Source: Candidatus Hydrogenedentota bacterium
GTDB taxonomy: Bacteria; Hydrogenedentota; Hydrogenedentia; Hydrogenedentales; SLHB01
Assembly (NCBI GenBank): GCA_013359265.1
Contig: JABWCD010000005.1
Location: forward strand, 73,678-137,677
DNA length: 64,000 nucleotides
Direction of reading: 5' to 3'
In this document: positions 55,713 to 64,000 of the stretch, piece after piece
Numbering within the stretch: the stretch's first letter is position 1
Layout of the letters: the number at the start of each line of letters is the position of its first letter
Position numbers and translations under genes: made by a program
Notes under the pieces: generated by a model
The model's database searches: none
Seen by the model: the letters and a program-made list of their open reading frames with translations, nothing else
What the model was told of the DNA's origin: nothing

Positions 55713-57233
55713 ATGAGTTTGTTGGGGTTGGATGTCGGCACGACCGGCACCAAGGGCGTCGCGTTCGATCTCGATGGCAAGCCAATTGCCTCGGCATACC
55801 GCGAATATCCGTTGCTGTCGCCGCGGCCGGGTTGGCAAGAACTCGAACCCGAGCACGTGTGGCGTTGCGTGCGCGAGGTGTTGGGGGAAGTCGCGCAAAA
55901 GACGAAGGGCGATCCGATCCGTGCGATGGCGATGTCCGCGCAGGGGGAGGCGGTCCATGCTGTCGGCAAAGATGGGTCGTGTCTCACGAACAGCCCGGTT
56001 ACCTTCGATGCGCGTACGGCGGACCTGCCGGCGTGGTGGCTCGAGCGCAAATCGCGCATGGACCTTGCCCAGATATCCGGGATGCCGCTGCACGGCATGT
56101 ATTCGCTGAACAAGATTCTGTGGTTCAAGCAAAACCAGCCTGAGGTCTTCGCCAAGGCGGCGCGCTTTCACTGCTACGAAGACTTTGTGCAGTTGCGCCT
56201 CGGCATCGATCCGATTATGAGTCACAGTCTCGCTGCGCGGACTATGGCGCTCGACGTGCGAAAGGGCGACTGGTCGCACGAATTGCTCGATATCGCCGGT
56301 GTGCCGTGCGAACTGTTGCCGAAGACTGCCGCGTCGGGGACCGTAGCCGGCACGATTCCGGACGCGGTTGCGAACGACATAGGGCTTCCGCGCGGCATCG
56401 TTGTGTCGACGGGCGGACACGACCAACCGGCGGGAGCGCTTGGTGCGGGGATTCTCGAGAGCGGGGAGGCGGTGTATGCGACGGGGACAGTCGACTGTAT
56501 CTGCCCCATATATGAGACCTACTCGGTCACCGAGCGGACCGTGGCGGGAAACCTTTGCTGTTATCCAAGTTGTGTGCCTGGTCTCTATGCGTCGATTGCG
56601 TTCAATTTTACGGGCGGATCGCTGCTGAAATGGTATCGGGACACTTTCGCGGCGGAGGAGCGGCGGGAGGCGGACGCGGCGGGTAAAGACGTCTACGAGA
56701 TTCTCTGTGACGCCGTACCTGCTGACCCTGAGAAACTCCTTATACTGCCGCACTTTACGGTGACGGGCACCCCGCATTTCGACACCGCCAGCCGGGGCGC
56801 GATCCTGGGTTTGACGTTGAACACGACCCGCGCGGAGATTGTGTCCGCAGTCCTCTCCGGCGTCACGTATGAAATGAAACTGAACCTCGAAATGTTACAA
56901 TCCGCAGGAGTTGGGATAGCGCGCTTACGCGCGGTTGGGGGCGGCGCGAAGAGCGCCGTCTGGACGCAGCGTAAGGCGGACATTATGGGCGTACCCGTCG
57001 CGGTATTGGAGACGACCGAGGCCGCGTCGCTGGGTGTTGCACTCCTGGCCGGGCAGGCAGCAGGGCTTGTCACGGACGTGAAAGCCGCGCTGGCGGGCGC
57101 GGTGAAAATCCTGTATGTGTGCGATCCCGATGCACGCCGCTCGCGGGAATACGCCGAGCGGTATGCCGTGTATCGAGATGTGTACGGAGCGTTAAAGGAC
57201 GTCAACCACCGGTTGGCGGGCTTGGACAAGTAG
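55713..57233 (+). CDS. FGGY-family carbohydrate kinase (xylulokinase/fuculokinase-like)
   Basis: N-terminal GLDVGTTGTKGVAFD; FGGY C-terminal domain (GGGAKSAVWTQRKADIMG). Confidence 0.85.
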   Translation: MSLLGLDVGTTGTKGVAFDLDGKPIASAYREYPLLSPRPGWQELEPEHVWRCVREVLGEVAQKTKGDPIRAMAMSAQGEAVHAVGKDGSCLTNSPVTFDARTADLPAWWLERKSRMDLAQISGMPLHGMYSLNKILWFKQNQPEVFAKAARFHCYEDFVQLRLGIDPIMSHSLAARTMALDVRKGDWSHELLDIAGVPCELLPKTAASGTVAGTIPDAVANDIGLPRGIVVSTGGHDQPAGALGAGILESGEAVYATGTVDCICPIYETYSVTERTVAGNLCCYPSCVPGLYASIAFNFTGGSLLKWYRDTFAAEERREADAAGKDVYEILCDAVPADPEKLLILPHFTVTGTPHFDTASRGAILGLTLNTTRAEIVSAVLSGVTYEMKLNLEMLQSAGVGIARLRAVGGGAKSAVWTQRKADIMGVPVAVLETTEAASLGVALLAGQAAGLVTDVKAALAGAVKILYVCDPDARRSREYAERYAVYRDVYGALKDVNHRLAGLDK

Positions 57234-57248
57234 GCAGGCGTACGAGTC

Positions 57249-58007
57249 GTGACTTCAAGAAAGCGCTGGCAGAACATCTACACCGAGGACAACCCGTTTG
57301 CGCTGCCGCAGGCGGTCGCGGGCGCGTTGACGCGGTGTTGCAAAGGTCATGAAGGCGACACGTGCCAGGGCGTGAAGTACTTGTGGATTCACCTGCCCGG
57401 AACGGCCGAGAAGGCCGCCGCGGACGCCGCGGAAAAATCACTGTCCCCCGACGAATGGATGTGTGTAATCGATGAGGCTTCCTCGATAGGGGTGAAAAGC
57501 ATCATCGTCAGCGTGGGGAGTCCTCTTCAGCAAGTTCCCCAACTGCTGCAACTGTGTCAGTGGGCGCAGACTGCGCACGAGATGGTCGTCGGCATCCATG
57601 CCTATGTGCCGCTCGATCCCGGTGACGCCGGGGTGCTGCGCAAGTTGAACGCGAGCAAGACCCGCGTTTTCGCCGATGGTGAGCATATCGAATCCGCGCG
57701 GTTTGTCGAGGAACTCGGCATTCCGCTTCACTGCGCGGACGGCCTGCACGATCACGAGGAACAGCCGCATTGCGACCTGCCATCGACGATGGCGTGCGTC
57801 GGCCCCGAGGGCACGATGTACACGTGCGGGCTTGTGCTCGGCCAAGAGCAGTTCAGCCTTGGGCACTTTTTCGGACGAAAGTTGACCAGTGTGATTAAGG
57901 ACAACTCGTTGCCGCACGAAATCCCCGCGGGTTCGTCCACCAGCACCCATCGCTGCAACGGGTGCCCTCCGCTCATGGCCAAGCGCATGCAGGAAGATGT
58001 GCTATAG
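57249..58007 (+). CDS. Cysteine-rich hypothetical protein
   Basis: Several Cys clusters (CCKGHEGDTCQG; CVGPEGTMYTCG; HRCNGCPP); no confident family. Confidence 0.35.
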   Translation: MTSRKRWQNIYTEDNPFALPQAVAGALTRCCKGHEGDTCQGVKYLWIHLPGTAEKAAADAAEKSLSPDEWMCVIDEASSIGVKSIIVSVGSPLQQVPQLLQLCQWAQTAHEMVVGIHAYVPLDPGDAGVLRKLNASKTRVFADGEHIESARFVEELGIPLHCADGLHDHEEQPHCDLPSTMACVGPEGTMYTCGLVLGQEQFSLGHFFGRKLTSVIKDNSLPHEIPAGSSTSTHRCNGCPPLMAKRMQEDVL

Positions 58008-58052
58008 TCCGAGCGGTGACCGCCGGGCAGAAACCGTAACGGGAGTCCGCGC

Positions 58053-58805
58053 GTGAAGCTGCTCGTCGTTTCCGATCTGCACTATAGCATCAAGCAATTC
58101 GACTGGTTGCTCGATCGCGCCGCGCGGCACGACATGCTCGTGTTGGCGGGCGACCTGCTCGATCTAGCCGGGCACGCGGATGTCGACACGCAGATCGTCG
58201 TTGTCGAGAAATACTTGAAGCGCCTCGCGGCTATTGTTCCCGTAGCGGTATGCTCCGGCAACCACGACCTCGACGACGAAAACGCGGAGGGCGAGCGCTG
58301 CGCGGAATGGTTGCAACATGTGCAAATCGAAAATGTGTCCGTAGACCGGCAATCGGTCTTCTTCGATGGACTCATGATCACGATTTGCCCGTGGTGGGAA
58401 GGGGACGACGCCAAGTCACGCGTTGAGTCCCTTCTCGAGTCTGACGCGGCGCGCCGGGGCGAGGCGCGATGGATTTGGGTCTACCACGCTCCGCCCACGG
58501 GTTCCAGGACTTCATGGAACGGGAAAGTGTATTCCGGCGATGCGTTCGTGGCGGAACTGATCGCCCGGCTCAAACCGGGAATCGTCCTGGGCGGGCATAT
58601 CCACAACTCGCCGTTCTACGCGATGGGCTCGTGGCACGATCGCATCGGCGAAACGTGGGTGTTTAACCCCGGTCGGCAGATGTCTTCGATACCCACATGC
58701 ATCTCGATCGATTTTGACACCATGCAAGCCACATGGGAATCGTCGGAGGGTGAAGAGACGATCGACCTGAACGCGCCGGAACAAACCTACTCGCCGGCCG
58801 TCTGA
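58053..58805 (+). CDS. Calcineurin-like metallophosphoesterase
   Basis: Motifs VVSDLHY, AGDLLD, GNHD and GGHIHN. Confidence 0.8.
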   Translation: MKLLVVSDLHYSIKQFDWLLDRAARHDMLVLAGDLLDLAGHADVDTQIVVVEKYLKRLAAIVPVAVCSGNHDLDDENAEGERCAEWLQHVQIENVSVDRQSVFFDGLMITICPWWEGDDAKSRVESLLESDAARRGEARWIWVYHAPPTGSRTSWNGKVYSGDAFVAELIARLKPGIVLGGHIHNSPFYAMGSWHDRIGETWVFNPGRQMSSIPTCISIDFDTMQATWESSEGEETIDLNAPEQTYSPAV

Positions 58806-59260
58806 CGCGGTTGAATTTGGCGCGGGTGGCGAATCATCAGAGCGTCGAGGACCTCGTCAATCATTCCGAGGTGCCCTTCCTGTTCGCGGAGCTGGTGTTT
58901 CACGTCCACGAGATACCGGTTGAGCGACTCGAGCCGTCGCGCGAGAATGCGCGCGACGTAGAACATCACCTCGGGGTTTGCCTTCATGAACGCGATGGGG
59001 TCCGCGGCGACCCGGCATTCCACGTCCGTCGATGCAACGACCGTCGCCGTATGCGGGCAACCGAGCAGCACGGACATCTCGCCAAACATCGCGCCGCGTT
59101 CCCGAATGCGCGTTATGAGTTCCTGTTCTTTGCGAACCTCGACCGAACCACTCGTCAAAAAGAACAACTCGGACTCGGCCGTGCCTTCGTCCATGAGGAT
59201 GTCGCCCTTGGAAAAAGCGCGCGTTGGCAGGGTCTCGATGGCTTCGGGCAGCGTGTCCAT
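58787..59260 (-). CDS. Cyclic-nucleotide-binding domain protein (no DNA-binding domain)
   Basis: cNMP-binding signature FGEMSVLLGCPHTATVVA; 157 aa. Confidence 0.7.
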   Translation of the reverse strand: MDTLPEAIETLPTRAFSKGDILMDEGTAESELFFLTSGSVEVRKEQELITRIRERGAMFGEMSVLLGCPHTATVVASTDVECRVAADPIAFMKANPEVMFYVARILARRLESLNRYLVDVKHQLREQEGHLGMIDEVLDALMIRHPRQIQPRQTAGE

Positions 59261-59388
59261 GACGGCACCTCACTTCACGGCAAAACCGTGGCGTCGTAGC
59301 GCCGCCGCCCGTAGCCGCGCCGTATCCGAATTGCTCAACCCTGGATTGATCTCCAGGATTTTCGTATGATAGCATACGTTTTCGCTGA

Positions 59389-59463
<75 letters not shown>

Positions 59464-59537
59464 TTTTCGATTTCCCTTGGGGTAGGCGCCGCCTCCAACA
59501 CCGGACCGCGAGCCTCCCCTTCGCGTGACGACCGCGC

Positions 59538-59613
59538 GGGCCGTTAGCTCAGTTGGTAGAGCAGGTGACTCTTAATCACAAGGTCGCAGGTTCGACTCCT
59601 GCACGGCCCACCA
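59538..59613 (+). tRNA. tRNA-Lys (anticodon CTT)
   Basis: Manual fold: acceptor GGGCCGT/ACGGCCC; D-arm GCTCAGTTGGTAGAGC; anticodon loop CTCTTAA; T-loop TTCGACT; CCA present. Confidence 0.85.
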
Positions 59614-59884
59614 TCTTTCCCCGTATTGATTAGATTTGATGCCGGCGGGAGTATCCTGTTTCGTCAAGAATGCTTGTGTCGCTCGAGCGGGCGTGGCCAT
59701 CGATGGCGGAGGAGGGAGCGCGCTTCGCGGCCGAGGCCGCGACGCTCGCCCGTGGCGTATACCCTGCACCATTGTTTGCAATTGCGCGCAGTTTGGTTCC
59801 ATTGTAGGTCTCTTCAATTACTCGATACATGTGCGATCGCCGTTGGTGCGAGGGCGGCGCCGGCGCTGCGCAGGGGAGGTTAAC

Positions 59885-60811
59885 GTGTCTGCACATTCGC
59901 TGTCCCGTCGGTCGTTTCTTACCGCTGCAACGCTTGGGGGCAGCGCACTAATTCCCACCGGCGCTTGGGCCGCGGCGCCCGTTGCGCGAGAGCACGGGCC
60001 GTACATGAAGCTCAGCCTTGCCGCCTATTCATTCCACAGCATCTTGCCGAAGCGCGCATCCGCAGAGGAGTATGCGAAGGCGGAGATGAAATTGGAGGAC
60101 TTCGTTCGTTACTGCGCCGAACTGAATCTCGATGGGTGCGAACCTACGTCGTACTACTTTCCGGCCGAGGTCACGCCGGAGTATCTGCTTAACCTGAAGC
60201 AACTCGCGTTTCGTCTGGGTCTCGACATTTCCGGGACGGCGATTGGCAACGATTTCTGTGTGCCGGATGGGCCGAAGCGCGAAGAAGAGCTACGGATGAC
60301 GCGCGAGTGGATCGATCATGCCGCCGTGATCGGCGCGCCGGTCATTCGCATCTTCGCGGGGAACGTGCCGCAGGGCGATACGGAGGAAACGGCGCTTGCG
60401 CGGTGCATCAGCGGCATCAATGAATCTCTCGACTACGCCGCGCAAAAGGGCGTGATGCTGGCGCTCGAAAACCACGGAGGCATTACGGCGACGCCCGAAC
60501 AAATGCTCCGCATTATCGAGGGTGTGAAGGAGTCGCCTTGGTTCGGTGTGAACTTTGACGGCGGCAACTTTGCGACCGCCGACCCCTATGCGGACCTTGC
60601 GAAGATCGCGCCGTACACGGTCAATGCACAACTCAAGGTAATGATCAATCGCGCGGGCAAAAAGGAACCGGCCGACTTTAATCGCGTGGTCGGCATCCTG
60701 CGCGATGCAGGTTATCGCGGGTATCTCGTCCTTGAATACGAAGAAAGCGAAGACCCGCGCACCGCCATACCACGCCATGTCGAAACATTGCGCAAGATTC
60801 TTGGCCGGTAG
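59885..60811 (+). CDS. Secreted sugar-phosphate isomerase/epimerase (xylose-isomerase-like TIM barrel)
   Basis: GGAGG RBS then GTG; TAT motif SRRSFLTAATLGG; the TIM-barrel is supported mainly by LALENHGG (...LALENHGGITATPEQ...). Confidence 0.7.
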   Translation: MSAHSLSRRSFLTAATLGGSALIPTGAWAAAPVAREHGPYMKLSLAAYSFHSILPKRASAEEYAKAEMKLEDFVRYCAELNLDGCEPTSYYFPAEVTPEYLLNLKQLAFRLGLDISGTAIGNDFCVPDGPKREEELRMTREWIDHAAVIGAPVIRIFAGNVPQGDTEETALARCISGINESLDYAAQKGVMLALENHGGITATPEQMLRIIEGVKESPWFGVNFDGGNFATADPYADLAKIAPYTVNAQLKVMINRAGKKEPADFNRVVGILRDAGYRGYLVLEYEESEDPRTAIPRHVETLRKILGR

Positions 60812-60824
60812 CCGCCACGAATTC

Positions 60825-62135
60825 CTATTTCCTCTTGAGGACTTTGTCGAGGATCGGTTGCAGCCGGTTGCGAACGTCTTCTGAATCCGCTCCGGAAACC
60901 GGATTTTGCTCGTCGATGTCTTTCGATAAATCGAACAGGGTTCCATCCGAATACAGCTTCCAGTGCGTATCGCTCACGAAGTGCCGGTAATCCGCTTGCG
61001 ATTCCGGGTTTCGCGCGTAGGACATGAATACCCAACCGCGCGCCTTATCTTCGCGGCCGGTCATGATCGGCATCAGGTTCTGCCCGTCGGCGTAGTCGGG
61101 GATGGGGAGTCCGGCAACGTCGGCCATCGTGGGTAGCAGGTCCGAGAAGTCGATCGGCGAATTCACGACGGTACCGGGTTTGATGCGGCCCGGCCAATTT
61201 GCGACGAAGCCTACGTGCGTGCCGGCGTCCGTCATGGTCCCTTTACCGCCCTTCACCACGCCGCGGCCCGGTAACGGAGACGTAATCTCGCGCCCGGTGC
61301 CGTTATCGCCGGTGACGATGATCAACGTGTTTTCGCGCAAACCCAGCGCGTCCAATTTGTCCACGACGCGCCCGATGCACTTGTCCATATAGTGGACCAT
61401 GTCGGGGAAGTGTCTCGTGTCCTTTCCGCCGGACTCCCAGTCCGGCGAACCGGGCACGGGTTCGTACGGTTCGTGCACGAGGATCATCGGGTAATAGACC
61501 AGAAATGGTTCGCTCTTGTTGCGCTCCATGAACTCGGCGATGAACTCGTCGCACAGATCGGGTCCGTACTTTCCTTCGGTGTTTTCGACGCGTTTGCCGT
61601 TGCAGTAGAGCTTGGGGGATTTGTAGCGCGACCCTTTGTCCGCGAACTCGCCGGCGTTGGTCCGCGCCTGACCCTCGAATTGAAAGTGCCAGAGGAGGTA
61701 CTCGTCGAATCCAGCTTTGCGCGGTCCATCGAGATCGCCGGGGCTCAACTGCCACTTGCCGGCGATGCACGTCTTGTATCCCGCTTCTTTCAGCATTTTG
61801 GCGAAGGTGTGCTCGGCGAAATCGAGCACGCCAAACTTCACGTAGTTGCGGAAGTTGTACTTGCCGGTCATCAACTGCACGCGCGACGGCGTGCACAGCG
61901 GCTGCGCGTATGCGTGCGTGAACAACGCGCCTTCGCGCGCCAACGCATCGAACCGCGGCGTCCGGTAGTGCGTGCTGCCGTACGCGCCGTAGCACTCGTA
62001 GGCGATGTCGTCGGCGAGAATGAGGACGATGTTTGGACGCTTACGGGCGGGCGCTTGCGCCAACGCGGGACCGGTGGCCAACATTGCTCCAGTAGCGACG
62101 CAGGTGCCCAGCATTTCGCGTCTGCTGATGTCCAT
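60825..62135 (-). CDS. Sulfatase (formylglycine-dependent, Cys-type), secreted
   Basis: CTPSRVQLMTGK active-site motif; TAT-like RREMLG signal; start at the ATG at 62135. Confidence 0.85.
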   Translation of the reverse strand: MDISRREMLGTCVATGAMLATGPALAQAPARKRPNIVLILADDIAYECYGAYGSTHYRTPRFDALAREGALFTHAYAQPLCTPSRVQLMTGKYNFRNYVKFGVLDFAEHTFAKMLKEAGYKTCIAGKWQLSPGDLDGPRKAGFDEYLLWHFQFEGQARTNAGEFADKGSRYKSPKLYCNGKRVENTEGKYGPDLCDEFIAEFMERNKSEPFLVYYPMILVHEPYEPVPGSPDWESGGKDTRHFPDMVHYMDKCIGRVVDKLDALGLRENTLIIVTGDNGTGREITSPLPGRGVVKGGKGTMTDAGTHVGFVANWPGRIKPGTVVNSPIDFSDLLPTMADVAGLPIPDYADGQNLMPIMTGREDKARGWVFMSYARNPESQADYRHFVSDTHWKLYSDGTLFDLSKDIDEQNPVSGADSEDVRNRLQPILDKVLKRK

Positions 62136-62358
62136 TACGCTTACTCCAGAGTCCCGCAGCCGGCGCCGCCCCGCACGGAGCGGCCTGATCTCGAAAGTAT
62201 CGGGCGACGGGTATGACGATTCAACCTTCCAGCGCGTCGCGCGAGCGGCTGGGCAAGGCGTATGTTGATAAATTGGCCGACCAAAGCCCACGATACGGCT
62301 TCCATTACTTAGCCCAAGGCGTTGCATGCGATTCAGGACCAATCAGGAGGAAGTCATA

Positions 62359-63282
62359 ATGATTCGATCTGGCGCGGCCTTGCTTTGGGCGGCATCACTC
62401 CTGGCGGGCTTAGCGGGCGCGGAGCATCGCGTGCTGTGCTCCGCCAACGACAAGCTTGTAGTTGTTTCGCCGGGCGGCGAGGTCGAGTGGGAGGTGCCAT
62501 GGAAGGGTGGGACGCATGATTTGCATGTGCTGCCGAACGGGAACCTTCTCGCGATTCGAGATGGTCATGTCGTCGTCGAAGTGGACCGTGCGACTAAGAA
62601 GGACGTGTGGACCTATGACAGCGCGGCGATGAACGGCAATGCGGGCAAACGCGTGGAAGTGCACGCGATCCAGCCGTTGGCGGACGGTAACGTAATGATC
62701 GCTGAGTCCGGCCCGGCGCGAATCATTGAAGTGGACCGCCAGGGAACGTTGTTGAAATCGATTGCGCTTAAAGTGGACAAGCCCGACCCGCACCGCGATA
62801 CGCGGCTGGCGCGAAAGGTGGACAGCGGGAACTACCTCGTATGCCACGAGGGCGACGGCGTCGTGCGCGAATACGACGGCGGCGGTAAGGTTGTGTGGGA
62901 GTTTCCGGTGCCGTTGTTCGGCAAGGAGCCAAAGCCGGGGCATGGACCTGAGTCGTTTGGTAACCAGGTGTTCGGCGCGATTCGGATGAAGAACGGCAAC
63001 ACGTTGATCGGCACGGGTAACGGGCATGCGGTGATTGAAGTGACTCCAGAGAAAGAGATTGTCTGGGAAGTGCATCAGAACGATTTGGCGGGCATCACGT
63101 TGGCGTGGATTACCACGGTGATGATGAAACCGAACGGCAACGTCGTATTCGGCAATTGCCATGCGGGGCCTGGCCAGCCGCAGATCGTGGAGATCGAACA
63201 CGACTCGCGCCATGTGATTTGGACGTTTGCGCATTTTGATATGCTGGGGAATGATATGACGAATTCGGTACTATTGGATTAG
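62359..63282 (+). CDS. Secreted beta-propeller protein of unknown function
   Basis: AGGAGG RBS; signal peptide; repeated DG/NG/HV blade-like segments. Confidence 0.5.
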   Translation: MIRSGAALLWAASLLAGLAGAEHRVLCSANDKLVVVSPGGEVEWEVPWKGGTHDLHVLPNGNLLAIRDGHVVVEVDRATKKDVWTYDSAAMNGNAGKRVEVHAIQPLADGNVMIAESGPARIIEVDRQGTLLKSIALKVDKPDPHRDTRLARKVDSGNYLVCHEGDGVVREYDGGGKVVWEFPVPLFGKEPKPGHGPESFGNQVFGAIRMKNGNTLIGTGNGHAVIEVTPEKEIVWEVHQNDLAGITLAWITTVMMKPNGNVVFGNCHAGPGQPQIVEIEHDSRHVIWTFAHFDMLGNDMTNSVLLD

Positions 63283-63327
63283 CCACAAAAGAACGCAAAG
63301 AACGCAAAGAAATCGCTGAGTACGTCG

Positions 63328-63723
63328 ATGCGATTGAAGAAAACGAAAATCGATCCGAAGGCGAAAGCACAGTTTCTCGATAACCTGCGAAAGGATCGCG
63401 CTTCGCGGGAGTCGGGTTATCGCGAACAGGCGTTGGCGCTGTTTCCGCATATCTGCGCGCGGTGCGGGCGCGAGTTTGCCGCCAAGAACCTTGCCGAACT
63501 CACCGTCCATCACAAGGATAACAACCATCTCAACAATCCTCCTGATGGAAGCAACTGGGAGTTGCTGTGCGTGGCATGCCACGACGACGTTCACCAGGAC
63601 GGCGAGCGCGTGAACCATTTTGGCGGTTATGCGCTGGGGGCCGCCCCGGACCAGTCGCTGGGACATAATCCGTTTGATGCGCTAAAGAACCTTCTGGACG
63701 ACGATTCCAACCGCGACACGTAA
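63328..63723 (+). CDS. YajD-like HNH endonuclease family protein
   Basis: CxxC...HH...N...CxxCH HNH core (CARCGREF...VHHKDNNHLNNPPDGSNWELLCVACHDDVH). Confidence 0.7.
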   Translation: MRLKKTKIDPKAKAQFLDNLRKDRASRESGYREQALALFPHICARCGREFAAKNLAELTVHHKDNNHLNNPPDGSNWELLCVACHDDVHQDGERVNHFGGYALGAAPDQSLGHNPFDALKNLLDDDSNRDT

Positions 63724-64000
63724 GCTGCCGTCGCGCCGCGGCTGCGATGTCCTTCACCCTTTAGCCCATTGTGTTGCACTTTTCTGACCGCGTATCACAC
63801 GGAAGACACGAGAGAGGCCTGGCATGCGAAACGACCCCTGTTTGGTTGACGGAATCGTATGATGGCGGTAGCGAAACAAGGGTAGACATTTTGCGAGACG
63901 AGGGGTAATCTGTTGACAGGAGGAGAGATAAGCTTCTGGAACATTTAGAGTTAGCCATACGGACGGCGGATCGCGCGGATAACACGGACGGAATCGAGCA

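Overview
This is a high-GC (about 60-68%) bacterial chromosomal window. The gene content points to a Planctomycetes/Verrucomicrobia-type genome: TAT-signal sulfatases, Gfo/Idh/MocA oxidoreductases and many secreted proteins. Housekeeping blocks include a purM-purL-purQ operon, a CCA-adding enzyme, the lptE-holA pair, bamD, tRNA-Gly and tRNA-Lys. Accessory content includes a frameshifted brnT beside an intact brnA, a GNAT/DUF1778 toxin-antitoxin pair next to an ECF sigma factor, three formylglycine-type sulfatases, and a hexamer-repeat element between convergent genes. The most notable feature is a roughly 9.4 kb integrase-less island inserted at tRNA-Pro(GGG). It is bounded by a 41-nt direct repeat of the tRNA 3' end and is lower in GC in parts. 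It carries a tightly linked same-strand four-gene cassette: a PLD-nuclease/SNF2-helicase fusion (1053 aa), a 163-aa unknown protein, a 1338-aa gamma-class N6-adenine methyltransferase, and a CBS-pair/HEPN (Rx4H) protein with an AT-hook. I read this as a candidate non-canonical defense system related to but distinct from DISARM, BREX and type IIG/ISP systems. A second locus of interest is a sugar-activation operon: a GalU-like nucleotidyltransferase, a 1111-aa fusion of a degenerate GHMP-kinase-like region to a UDP-sugar pyrophosphorylase-like region, and a GT-C-like polytopic membrane protein with overlapping stop and start codons. All calls are from reading the sequence and the ORF translations; no database searches were run.
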